Source: an uncultured Prevotellaceae bacterium
GTDB taxonomy: Bacteria; Bacteroidota; Bacteroidia; Bacteroidales; Bacteroidaceae
DNA: 64,000 nucleotides
Assembly (NCBI GenBank): GCA_902786565.1
Contig: CADACW010000001.1
Location: 55,151 to 119,150 of the forward strand
Direction: 5' to 3'
The first letter of the stretch is position 1, and every line of letters begins with the position of its first letter. The notes under the pieces were generated by a model. That model did not search any database, was not told the origin of the DNA, and saw only the letters and a list, made by a program, of their open reading frames with translations. This document shows positions 39,201 to 48,799 of the stretch, piece by piece. The translations under genes and the position numbers were made by a program.

Positions 39201-39543
39201 GGTGAGCAGTGAGGGCCGAAGGGATGGCCACTTGCAACGACAAGAACTCAGGGGCATGGACATACAGCGCAGTAGCTGCTGTGGGCACCTTGATGATGAA
39301 CGAGCCGTCGTCGCCAGTCATCGCCGTATAGTTGTCGTAGCCTAAGGCTTGCACAATGACGCCGGGCAGAGGAGCCTTCGTGGCAGCGTCGATGCACGTT
39401 CCGCTGACTTCCATGGTGGGATAGACAGGGCCTCTCTTAACTGGCAGCTTTCTTGCTACTATAGTTTCCTCTTCATCGTCCTGCGCCAAAACCGTGGAGC
39501 TGAACGAGAGAGACAAAATGACAAATAATAAACTTATCCTCAT
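36244..39543 (-). CDS. susC: SusC/RagA TonB-dependent transporter (second pair)
   Basis: [58 protein letters not shown], C-terminal LGVKINL. Confidence 0.92.
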   Translation of the reverse strand: [1099 protein letters not shown]

Positions 39544-39598
39544 ATTCGATTGAAATGATAAATGACAATTGATAAATGATAAACTTCAGGAATCGAAG

Positions 39599-41335
39599 CT
39601 ATTCGCGGTCGTATTTGTAGTCAGGATGCTCCTTCAGGTGGTCGTCAAGCTCCTTTGGCCTGAGAATGATGCAGTCTATGCGAAGTGTGCGGTCATACTG
39701 ACTGGACAGTGCATTGGTGACATTGCTGCGGAAACGCATATAGGGATAATAGCGACCAGTCTCGACGAAAGCAACGGGGAAAGTGAATTCGCCGAGAAAG
39801 AGGGTGTCGATGCGCGTTGGGTCGTTTTCAAAGAAGTTACTGTTGGCGGCCGTATTGCGCATACGTTTCTCCTGGCTCTTGCCTTTGGCATCGGCATAGC
39901 CGATATCGACAACCATGCGGTTGGGCAGGGCCACGGCATTGGGATTGGTGATATTGGCAGGCACGAAGACGGCATAGACGTTGTAGGTGGCAGAGCGCAC
40001 GCCTGAGAGGTAGAAATCCACCTCAGGATTGGTGTTCGACGCGCTGGGCTGTACCTGCAGATAGCGCCCTTTGGAAATGATGCCAGCAATGGCTGGGTTC
40101 TGCGCACTCTCCGAGACGCGGACGCTGACAGGCTCGCCGGCGGTGTTGAAATAGTTGGCCACCATCGAGCCTTCGGCCTCTTGGCGAAGCTCGGGATTCC
40201 ACGATGTCCAGGGACGCATGCGCAAGCTGTCGGTGACCCACACAGCGCCATTGCTCTTGTCGACACGACGGGCACCCTCAAAGAGCAGGGCAGCATCTTC
40301 AGCATAAACCTTGGAATTGGTGGTGCTGACGAGAGAGTCGCACTGCAGGCGCTGGCCTTCAGCCAAAGCGCCCAGCCGGGAATTGTCGTAAACATTGTTG
40401 CTGTAGAACAGGTCGCGCAGAAGCATGACATTCACCAATGAGTCCTGCAGCCGCTCAGCATCCTTCAGATAGACAACGGTGACTTTCTTTTCGCCGACGG
40501 TGGTGGAGGTATTCTCCATAAACTCAAACTGAGGCGCGTAATTATAGAAAGCCTTGATTTGATTGCGGGCCTTGGCCCAGGCCTCGTTGGTGGGCAGTAT
40601 CATAGTGTAGTTGCTGTCCTCGCGATTGATATAGGCCCTGTTGCGTATGTAGAGTTCGTTGTGCTCGTAGAACACAGAATCGAGGTAAGTCTGCTCGCCA
40701 TTAAGCACCGGCCCCGGCACACTCTTCTGCTCGTTGAGTTCGCGGGTGTCGAAGCTGTGGAAATAGTCGCTGATGGAGTCGAGGGGATAGGTCTCGCTAT
40801 TGAGCGACTCGTAGATGTTGGGCAGGAAGGGGATTTTACCTCTCAGGACATGTATGGTGCCGTTTTTCGCAGCCAGGTTGGGCTGAGTGACATCGATGTC
40901 CTGCATCTGATAGGAGCCGTTGCCGCGGAAGTTCATCAGCTTCTCGTTGAGCATATAGATGTTCTCCTGCAGGGCGCCGGATGCCGGGTAGTTGCTGCGC
41001 GCAATGTGGTTCTGGACGAACTGCTTCTGCAGCCGCTCGCTGTTTTCGGTGCGCAAGGCATCGTAGTCGAAGGTGCCGTCGAGTGGAGCCCAGACGGTGT
41101 AGGTCTGCGAGGCAGAGAGCACCGCGTCATAGTCTGTCTGACGGAGCAGGTTTGCAAACTGCGACAGCTGGCCGTTGTTTTCAATATTCTCCCACAACGT
41201 CTGCTGCTGGGTGGCCGTCACATGCGTGTCAGCATCGAAGTGGTCGTCCCAATCGGAGCAGGAAGAGGTGAGAAGTGAAGTGAGAAGTGCAGTGCACAGC
41301 ACACCAGTCACATTCTTGTTTATCTTAGTAATCAT
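39599..41335 (-). CDS. Fasciclin (FAS1) domain lipoprotein
   Basis: Lipobox TSSC, H1 motif YTVWAPLDGTF and H2 motif AKNGTIHVL, then a C-terminal beta-sandwich. Confidence 0.8.
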   Translation of the reverse strand: MITKINKNVTGVLCTALLTSLLTSSCSDWDDHFDADTHVTATQQQTLWENIENNGQLSQFANLLRQTDYDAVLSASQTYTVWAPLDGTFDYDALRTENSERLQKQFVQNHIARSNYPASGALQENIYMLNEKLMNFRGNGSYQMQDIDVTQPNLAAKNGTIHVLRGKIPFLPNIYESLNSETYPLDSISDYFHSFDTRELNEQKSVPGPVLNGEQTYLDSVFYEHNELYIRNRAYINREDSNYTMILPTNEAWAKARNQIKAFYNYAPQFEFMENTSTTVGEKKVTVVYLKDAERLQDSLVNVMLLRDLFYSNNVYDNSRLGALAEGQRLQCDSLVSTTNSKVYAEDAALLFEGARRVDKSNGAVWVTDSLRMRPWTSWNPELRQEAEGSMVANYFNTAGEPVSVRVSESAQNPAIAGIISKGRYLQVQPSASNTNPEVDFYLSGVRSATYNVYAVFVPANITNPNAVALPNRMVVDIGYADAKGKSQEKRMRNTAANSNFFENDPTRIDTLFLGEFTFPVAFVETGRYYPYMRFRSNVTNALSSQYDRTLRIDCIILRPKELDDHLKEHPDYKYDRE

Positions 41336-41372
41336 AATCCTTAGTTCTTGATTCTATATTTTCGTAAGCATC

Positions 41373-43436
41373 TTAATACATGTCTTCAGCATAGATGGTG
41401 TTATTGTAGATGTTCTCAGGGCAGAACTCTATGTAGTCGAGGTGGAACTGTGCTCCAGTGTTGTCGGGCAGCACGGTCTTGAAGCGGAGCCAGTATTCTC
41501 CCTGCTCAAAGTTCTGCTTGGCAATGATTCGCCGCAGGTCCTCGCGGTTGGAGCGGGCCACAGTGGAGCCGTTGGGGCCGAGGGTGTAGTAGAGCGGGCC
41601 ACGCATATAGCCGAGGTTGTGCATATTGTTGTCGCTCTCCACACCACGGTCGTCAGTAACGGTCCAGAGGCACCATCCGGTGCGGGTGTCGGGTGTTCCG
41701 TCGCTGTTGTTGGCCGGGACGAATCGCATGTCGAGCGGGATGTCAAGGGCCTCCATCGTGGTCTGGTCATTGCTGCGTCCGAGGTAGAACTGCAGCATGC
41801 CGCGTGCGCCGTTGGCAGTATAGCCGATTCGCAGCTCGTAGGTGCCGTCGGGCACTGGCGGCAGGCGCATGGCGAAGTCGTAGGCTCCGACGCAGAGGAA
41901 CTCGTCGCCCTCGTAGTTGGACCAAGCACCATCGTCGGGAGCGAGGTAACGGAGCTGTGTGTCGTCGCCGTTATAGACGGTGAGGTGGTCGAAGTAGTTG
42001 CTGGGGAAGCGCACTCGGCTGAAGTCGCCGCCATCGACGTGGGCCTTGATTTCGGCAACGGTCATGCCGCGTATGCCATTGGACATCATCTCACCGAGGA
42101 GCGATGTGTCGTCGAAGCGGAGCCGCTCGTTGAGCGCTCCCTGGGGCACGTCGGCGTTATAGACGAGGAGGCCGTTGAGCGGATGGATATAGCCATTGGC
42201 GGCGGCCACCTGACTGTTCTGCCCGGCAAGTTCGACACCCTCGAAGAGCACGGTGTGCATGGCGTTGGTTCCGAGCTCGGCCACACGGTCAGTGAGCGAG
42301 TTGTTGGCCGTCCAGCGGTTGAGCAGACGCTTGCCGCTGTTGCGGGTCAGCTTTATCAAGGTATAGGGAAGCATGGTCTCATAATACTCGCAGAGTGTGA
42401 CCTTCGACACCTGGTTGTAGTCGTAGACGAGCTTGTTCCAGGGCACCTTGTACTGCACGAGGTGATATCGCACGAACATGTTGAGCACGTTCCAGGGGTT
42501 CTCGTAGTCGCGGCCGGTGCTGACTTCGATATTGTTACGGCGTGCATAGTCGTACCATCCGCTGCCCTCGTCGGCACAGGCGGCATATTGCTCGGCGGCA
42601 TATTTTGCCAAATCGTCAATGCCATTGATGCCGTTGGCTTTGAACACTTCGTCGGTCTCGGCAAAGACGGTGTAGCCCAGCTCGCACTTTTCAGGCACCC
42701 AGTAGGTGGTCTCATTGGTCACCTCCTTGATGTCGGTCTTCTGCTGGAGGGTGAGTGAGTCGGCCAGCCCGGTGACTTTCAGGGCGTTTGAGAAAATGGT
42801 GAAGAGGTCGGGATGGCTCTCCATCTCGCCAGCCACGAGGAGATTGGAGCGTGTGATGACGTGGTTCAACTCGTGCAGCACGCCGTTCTCAAGCTCGTTG
42901 TCCATGCTGGTGACGAGTGCGGCACGGCTAATGACGACCTGTCCGGAGACGGAGTCGATACTGGTGTTGATGTCGCGGCCCAGCAGCGTCTTGATGGTCA
43001 TGCCATTGCCCATATTCACGCCCATCACCTTTGTGTTGAGCAGATGGAAGAGTGCAATGTCTTCGCAGAGCGAGTCGGTGAGCCCCTCCAGTCCCCGTGC
43101 CGTCATGCCGTTGTGGGGCAGGTCTATGTTGGTGTTATCATCGTAGAGGCTGTCTATGTAGTTGGTCACGGCATCGTTGGTCGGTGCGAAGCAGGTGTAG
43201 GTGCCATAGGCGGAAAGAATCTTGTCGTAGCCTATGCGCGAGAGGATGTAGTTGAAAGAGCTGAACTGCTCGCTGCGGTTGGAGAGATAGTCCTCGATGG
43301 TCTCACCGGTGAAGGTGTACAGGTTGGACTCGTCAATGTCCTCGGAGCAGGAAGAAACGAGAAACGAGAAATGAGAAATGAGAAATGCCGCGCACGCCAC
43401 ACTCCATTTCACTCTTTGGTTTATCTTGGTAATCAT
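41373..43436 (-). CDS. Lipoprotein with two FAS1 domains and a C-terminal beta-sandwich
   Basis: Lipobox VSSC. YTCFAPTNDAV...ENGVLHELNHVI and YTVFAETDEVF...ANGYIHPLNGLL. Confidence 0.82.
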   Translation of the reverse strand: MITKINQRVKWSVACAAFLISHFSFLVSSCSEDIDESNLYTFTGETIEDYLSNRSEQFSSFNYILSRIGYDKILSAYGTYTCFAPTNDAVTNYIDSLYDDNTNIDLPHNGMTARGLEGLTDSLCEDIALFHLLNTKVMGVNMGNGMTIKTLLGRDINTSIDSVSGQVVISRAALVTSMDNELENGVLHELNHVITRSNLLVAGEMESHPDLFTIFSNALKVTGLADSLTLQQKTDIKEVTNETTYWVPEKCELGYTVFAETDEVFKANGINGIDDLAKYAAEQYAACADEGSGWYDYARRNNIEVSTGRDYENPWNVLNMFVRYHLVQYKVPWNKLVYDYNQVSKVTLCEYYETMLPYTLIKLTRNSGKRLLNRWTANNSLTDRVAELGTNAMHTVLFEGVELAGQNSQVAAANGYIHPLNGLLVYNADVPQGALNERLRFDDTSLLGEMMSNGIRGMTVAEIKAHVDGGDFSRVRFPSNYFDHLTVYNGDDTQLRYLAPDDGAWSNYEGDEFLCVGAYDFAMRLPPVPDGTYELRIGYTANGARGMLQFYLGRSNDQTTMEALDIPLDMRFVPANNSDGTPDTRTGWCLWTVTDDRGVESDNNMHNLGYMRGPLYYTLGPNGSTVARSNREDLRRIIAKQNFEQGEYWLRFKTVLPDNTGAQFHLDYIEFCPENIYNNTIYAEDMY
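43354..43387. repeat. (GAAA[C/T]GA)x4.9 encoding the signal-peptide core of a FAS1 lipoprotein
   Basis: Same length (34 bp) and register as 36134-36167; encodes FLISHFSFLVSS. Confidence 0.92.
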
Positions 43437-43462
43437 AACAATGAACTATTAACTGTAAACTA

Positions 43463-45262
43463 TTAATTCTTTGAGGTGCTCTTCTCCTGCACATAGACGG
43501 GGTTCTGCTTCAGGAGACGATTGACCTTGGTCTCGCTTTCGAGGATGGGCCAATAGAGGTAAGGCTCTGACTTGAGTTTGTAGCTGACGGCATCGCCCTC
43601 TCCGCCTTCGCCATATTTCCTGATGATGAACTTGAGCATCTGGGGGTAGAGTTCAGGCCAACTGTTGGAGTCAGCCAGCAGCTGGTTGATGTCCACGCCC
43701 TGCATGTGCCGGTAGCTGTAGCGCATAAGGTCGAACCAGCGTTTGCCCTCAAAGCAGAGCTCGCGTTCACGCTCTGCCAGGACAAGCAGTTCGATGGCAC
43801 TCTTGGTGTTGTAGTCTTCATACTTCAGTGTGTCCTTGGCAGTCATAATCATCGAGCGCTTGTTGACAGCCTGAACCAGGTCGAAAGCCTGCTTGAGGCG
43901 GTCTTGGTCTTCGTCGCCGGAGGAAAGGGCTTCCAAAGCCTCGGCCTTCATCAGAAGCAGATCGGTAAGGCGGTAGACAATCCAGTTCTGCCGGAATTCT
44001 TCGAAGGCACGCGAGTTGGACTTTGTGTCGCCAGTGGTGCGTGTCAAGATGTCGGTGATGACGCCCGTGGAAATCATCTTGCGCACGCTGAGTTGCTGGG
44101 CCTCCTCGTTGTTGGCCTCGTAGACATTGTTCCAGAACCGATAGTCGTTGCGCGAGACGTAGACCTTCTGCCCCTGGGTGGTGTTGGCATTTTCAGCCAC
44201 CGTGTTGAAAATCTGCGAGGCCATCAGGATGGACGTGGTCTTATGGTCGTCCTTGGTACCAGACTGGTAGTAGTAGTTCTCCAACGTGGTGTTGGAGTTG
44301 TTCTTGCCGTTATACTGCCACTCCAGAATGCTCTCATGTGAGTTGCCTTGATTGGTGGAGAAGATGGTGGTAAAGGCCATGTCACCGTCTTCGAGATGAT
44401 ATTTGTCTGTCTCTCTGCTGCTGCTCACGCCGGCGCTGTGGTTCAGATTATAATAGTTGTCTTTGGCCTCGACCACCTTGTCCACATAGTTGACCACCTG
44501 CTCGTAGTCGCTGCTGCTATGGGTCATCGAGGCTCTCCACAGATAGATGTCGGCCAGGATGGCATCGACGGCATCGCGGGTGATATATCCCCAGTTGCGC
44601 CAGTCGTTGTAGCCGTAGGCTCCCGACTTCATGACGTACTTCTCGGCCTCTTGGAGGTCGTCGATGCACTGCTGCAGCACCACGCCGGGAGCGCTTTGGG
44701 CAACGGTCATATCCTGGCTGTCGTCCTCGAAAGACTGCTCGGTGAAGGGCACGTCGCGGAAGGCGCGTACGAGGTAGAAATAGCACAGAGAGCGAAGTGC
44801 CAACATCTGTGCGCGGACGGTCTGATAGTCGCCCTCGGTAAACTCTGGGTCTTCGGCCATCACGTCGGTGGCATGGTTAAGAACGATGTTGCAGTTGTTG
44901 ATGACCTTGTAGAACGAGGCCCACGAATTGAATCGGTTTGTAGGCAGCAGGTTGACGGCGCTGATGTTGTCGAGCGTATAGTCGCTGTAGTCGGTGAGCT
45001 TCACCAGCTCGTCGCTGCGGTAGGCTCCCCAAATGATAGACCTCTCCTGAATGTCGCCGCTGAGCATGCTCAGGTAGCAGCCGTTGACCATCTCGTCGAC
45101 GTCTGCCTTTTTCTTCCAGAAGTCGGTGCCTACGGTGCGGTCGGTGGGATAGATGGTTAGGAAGTCGGTACAGCTGTTCAGGGTGATTGCGGCTGCAAGG
45201 ATGCTGCAGGGAATCAGACTGGCAGTGAAGCTTTTTCTTATCTTATTAGCCATAGTTATCAT
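43463..45262 (-). CDS. susD: SusD/RagB-family lipoprotein (first pair)
   Basis: Lipobox LNSC, FYKVINNCNIVL, LRSLCYFYLVRAFRDVP, YRLTDLLLMKAEA and ERERELCFEGKRWFDLMR. The start is ambiguous (45268, 45262 or 45253). Confidence 0.9.
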   Translation of the reverse strand: MITMANKIRKSFTASLIPCSILAAAITLNSCTDFLTIYPTDRTVGTDFWKKKADVDEMVNGCYLSMLSGDIQERSIIWGAYRSDELVKLTDYSDYTLDNISAVNLLPTNRFNSWASFYKVINNCNIVLNHATDVMAEDPEFTEGDYQTVRAQMLALRSLCYFYLVRAFRDVPFTEQSFEDDSQDMTVAQSAPGVVLQQCIDDLQEAEKYVMKSGAYGYNDWRNWGYITRDAVDAILADIYLWRASMTHSSSDYEQVVNYVDKVVEAKDNYYNLNHSAGVSSSRETDKYHLEDGDMAFTTIFSTNQGNSHESILEWQYNGKNNSNTTLENYYYQSGTKDDHKTTSILMASQIFNTVAENANTTQGQKVYVSRNDYRFWNNVYEANNEEAQQLSVRKMISTGVITDILTRTTGDTKSNSRAFEEFRQNWIVYRLTDLLLMKAEALEALSSGDEDQDRLKQAFDLVQAVNKRSMIMTAKDTLKYEDYNTKSAIELLVLAERERELCFEGKRWFDLMRYSYRHMQGVDINQLLADSNSWPELYPQMLKFIIRKYGEGGEGDAVSYKLKSEPYLYWPILESETKVNRLLKQNPVYVQEKSTSKN

Positions 45263-45317
45263 ATTCATAAGATTTGAGTGTTGTAAGTTGAGATTTGATG
45301 TGTCACTCATGACTCGG

Positions 45318-48300
45318 TTAGAATCCCACTTGGATATTGAGCGTCATTGACTTGGAGCGTGGCGTCTGCGAGTTGTCGTAGGCAATGCCCCAGGAACCGG
45401 GTGCGTGCTCGGGGTCGGTGCCGCTATAGGTGCTCCAGACGAAGAGGTTCTGGCCGGAGAGGCTCAGCGTGAGCCGTCGAAGCCCGAGGGGCTTGAGCAT
45501 CTTCTGCTTGAACGAGTAGGACAGCTGGATGTAGCTCATGCGCACAAAGGAGGCATCCTCCACGTAGCGGTCGCTGCCGAGCCAGTTGTAGCCAGTGTCG
45601 AACATGGCACGTGGTATCTCGGTGACGTCGCCGTTCTTGCGCCAGCGCCAGTTGACGGCAGAGCTTTGGTTGTAGGCATTGAACATCTCTTCGAGGCCCA
45701 TCTTTGCCGCGTTGACAATCTTGATGCCCTGACGGTAGCTGAAGCTGGTTCTGAGAGACCAGTCGGAATACTGCAGGTTGAAGCCGAAGCCTCCATTCAG
45801 ATGGGGGTTGGAGTTGCCGAGGTAGACAATGTCGAGCGAGTTGATCTGTCCGTCGTTGTTCACGTCGTCATAGATGGCATCACCGCCCTGGAACCTGTAG
45901 GTGGAAGAGCCGCTGGCACTATTGAAGTTGTAGACCATGCGGATGGGCATTCCCTTGGAGTCCATCATCACATTTCCCTCGTTGTCGATGGCGATGGGAG
46001 CCGTCTTGCCAGAGGCGAGGAAGGTGTTGTTGATATAGTCACGCAGCTGTTCGCCGGTCCAGTTGTTGCGGTTCTTCATATTAGTCAGGTATTCGTAGGT
46101 GTACTGGTAGACGCCCTTGTAGCGCAATCCGTAGATGGAGCCGAGGGGGTTGCCCTTCTGAATACGGTTCAGATACTGGCCGCGCTTGCTGGAGTCCCAC
46201 TCGCTGTTGATGCTTTCGAGGGTGCTTTCGTCCATATCGACAATCTCGTTGAAGTTTTGCGAGATGTTGAAGTTGGCGCTCAGTGAGAACTTGCCTATCT
46301 TGATGAGCTTGTTGAGGTTCACATTCAGCTCCCAACCCTTGTTGGTCATCTCGCCCACATTGGCCCATGAGAGCGACGAGAATCCTGCCGTGGAGGGGAT
46401 GCGTACACCCGACATCAGCAGGTCTTTGGTGCGCTTGAAATAGTAGTTGAAGTCGCCGGTGATGCGGTCGTTGAGGAATCCGAAGTCACCACCAATATTA
46501 TACTGTGTGGTACGTTCCCATTTCAGTTCGTTCAGCTGCAGACCCTCCAAATAGGTGACGCTCTTGGTGTCGGAGATGCTGCCGTAGACACCGCTGGTGT
46601 TGTACTTGGCATACTGCAGATACTGCGAGCCGGGCTGACGGCCTACAATACCCCACGATGGACGGAAGGAGAGCATAGACAGCCATTTCTTCGACCAATT
46701 CATGAAAGGCTCGTCGCTGATGTTCCATCGAGCGGAGACGCCGGGGAACCATCCCCATTTCTTAGAGTCGCCGAACTTAGTGGTACCGTCAGCGCGCATG
46801 GAGAAGTCAAGGGCATATTTTGACTTGTAGGAGAAGTGGCCGGAATAGGTCATCGACATGTTGCGCCACTGCCCGTTGCCCGTGCTCATGGTTTCGAGCT
46901 GCGTGTCGACGGTAGGCGACGTGGTGCCGCTGGGCGCATTCTTGTTGGCCACGGTCTGGCTGTTGTCGTTGCCGGTGGTCATCTCCCATCGGGCCAGCAT
47001 GGTGGCATAGAAATCCTCATTTTTAAAATGGGGATTAAACGTCAAAGTGTGGCGAGTGGTGAAGGCGAGCGAGTTGTAGTCGTAGACCTGCGAGCGGTTA
47101 TAATTCTCGTTCTGCCAGCCATCGGTAGCCAGAGAGCCCGGCCAGTACTTAGGCTCGCTCTTTGAGAAGATGTCCATATAGACCAGTCCTGTGTAGTTGA
47201 GCTGTGTCTTATGGTCATCCTTGCCCAGGAGATAGTAGTCGATACGCATTTCGGGCGAGATACGGTAGGTATGCTCCTTACGCCACGCCAACTCGGCAAT
47301 GGCCACGGGGTTGCCCAAAGACCGGATGCTGCCCAACTGCTTAGACGAGGTGCCTGCTGCCGACGAACCTGCCTCATTGCTGGCACCTTCGGGGAGCATG
47401 ATGTAATACTCGCCGGTGTTCGAACCGTCGGCGTTCTGCCGATAGACGCTCATGTTCGGAGCCATCTGCTGGGCGCGGCCCAGGATTCTGTCGTCGTAGT
47501 TGCGGTTGTTGCTGGTATAGGTCAGCGGGAAGGTGGTGCGGAAGGTGATGCGGTCGGACACAAAGTAGTCCAAGGCCAGCTTTGTGGAGAAGCGGTCCAG
47601 GGTCTGCTTGATGATGGTGCCGTTCTGGTGGTCATAACCGGCGGAGACGCGGAAGTTGGCCTTCTCGCCACCACCGGTGATTGTGACGTAGTGGTACTGC
47701 GAGATGCCCAGCTGCTGCACTTCGTCCACCCAGTCGGTGTTGTTGTTCCAGTTTTCAAACTCGGCCCAGGAGCGGTTGTAGTTGATCTCGTTGATGTTGG
47801 TCGTTGCCGATACTGCCTGTGCGGGATTGTAATACATCTCCTTCAGCATCATGGTGTAGTCGTCGCCGTTCAGCAGATTGTAGCCCTTTGGCTGCCACGA
47901 TGCCTGCAGGCGCAGCGAGTAGTCCACACGGGTGGCACCGCGTGCGCCGCGCTTGGTGCGGATGGAGATGACACCGTTAGCACCACGCGAACCCCAGATG
48001 GCTGTGGCAGCAGCATCCTTCAGCACGTCGATGGCCTCGATGTCGGAAGGGTTGACGGAGAGCAGCGAGGCGTATGTCTCCTCGTTGGCGTTCTGGAAGT
48101 CGAAGTTCTCGTCGGGGTTGTCAAAGATATTGCCATCGACGACGATGAGCGGCTCTGCACTGCCGTTGATACTGGTGACACCACGGAGGCGCATCGACGT
48201 TCCGGCACCGAGGTTACCTGAGTTGGACACAATGTCAAGACCGGCTATCTGGCCCTGCAGGGCTTCGTCGGCAGAGGTGAAGGCGAGACCTTCCACCTGC

Positions 48301-48704
48301 GACATATTGAATGTCTGTGCTGCCACCGACACCTCACGCTCGGGAATGGCGAGGCCACCACTGTTGAACTTTTTCTTGGCGGTGACGGTGACCTCCTTTA
48401 TCTGGGTGGCATCCTGCAGCTTCACATTGAAGGAGGTGCGGGTGCCGATGGGCAGTGTCACGGTCTTGTAGCCCACGTAACTGACGCGGAGCTTGTTCTT
48501 AGTGTTCTTCACCGACATGGTGAAGTTTCCGTTGAAGTCTGTCTGCGCGTTGGAAACAATACGATTGTTGCCGTCTATCTCCACCACGTTACACATCATC
48601 ACCGGCCCCATCTCGTCGGTGACGGTTCCCGACACGCGGGCTGTCTGCGCTACGCTTACCAGCCAGGAACTGCAAAGGAACAATATACTTAGTAGTATTC
48701 GCAT
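45318..48704 (-). CDS. susC: SusC/RagA TonB-dependent transporter (first pair)
   Basis: N-terminal CarboxypepD_reg-like domain, EPLIVVDG, VNPSDIEAIDVLKDAAATAIWGSRGANGVI, SDRYVEDASFVR, C-terminal IQVGF. Confidence 0.95.
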   Translation of the reverse strand: MRILLSILFLCSSWLVSVAQTARVSGTVTDEMGPVMMCNVVEIDGNNRIVSNAQTDFNGNFTMSVKNTKNKLRVSYVGYKTVTLPIGTRTSFNVKLQDATQIKEVTVTAKKKFNSGGLAIPEREVSVAAQTFNMSQVEGLAFTSADEALQGQIAGLDIVSNSGNLGAGTSMRLRGVTSINGSAEPLIVVDGNIFDNPDENFDFQNANEETYASLLSVNPSDIEAIDVLKDAAATAIWGSRGANGVISIRTKRGARGATRVDYSLRLQASWQPKGYNLLNGDDYTMMLKEMYYNPAQAVSATTNINEINYNRSWAEFENWNNNTDWVDEVQQLGISQYHYVTITGGGEKANFRVSAGYDHQNGTIIKQTLDRFSTKLALDYFVSDRITFRTTFPLTYTSNNRNYDDRILGRAQQMAPNMSVYRQNADGSNTGEYYIMLPEGASNEAGSSAAGTSSKQLGSIRSLGNPVAIAELAWRKEHTYRISPEMRIDYYLLGKDDHKTQLNYTGLVYMDIFSKSEPKYWPGSLATDGWQNENYNRSQVYDYNSLAFTTRHTLTFNPHFKNEDFYATMLARWEMTTGNDNSQTVANKNAPSGTTSPTVDTQLETMSTGNGQWRNMSMTYSGHFSYKSKYALDFSMRADGTTKFGDSKKWGWFPGVSARWNISDEPFMNWSKKWLSMLSFRPSWGIVGRQPGSQYLQYAKYNTSGVYGSISDTKSVTYLEGLQLNELKWERTTQYNIGGDFGFLNDRITGDFNYYFKRTKDLLMSGVRIPSTAGFSSLSWANVGEMTNKGWELNVNLNKLIKIGKFSLSANFNISQNFNEIVDMDESTLESINSEWDSSKRGQYLNRIQKGNPLGSIYGLRYKGVYQYTYEYLTNMKNRNNWTGEQLRDYINNTFLASGKTAPIAIDNEGNVMMDSKGMPIRMVYNFNSASGSSTYRFQGGDAIYDDVNNDGQINSLDIVYLGNSNPHLNGGFGFNLQYSDWSLRTSFSYRQGIKIVNAAKMGLEEMFNAYNQSSAVNWRWRKNGDVTEIPRAMFDTGYNWLGSDRYVEDASFVRMSYIQLSYSFKQKMLKPLGLRRLTLSLSGQNLFVWSTYSGTDPEHAPGSWGIAYDNSQTPRSKSMTLNIQVGF

Positions 48705-48747
48705 TTGACTAATTGACTTTTTACTATTATACTATTTTACTATTATG

Positions 48748-48798
48748 CCATTTTACTATCATTCTATTAGCCGTAACCATCGTCTAATAGTAAAATGG
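48748..48798. other. Stem-loop in the intergenic region upstream of susC
   Basis: CCATTTTACTAT (48748-48759) / ATAGTAAAATGG (48787-48798), next to an 8-bp-period TACTATT run. Confidence 0.55.
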
Positions 48799-48799
48799 T

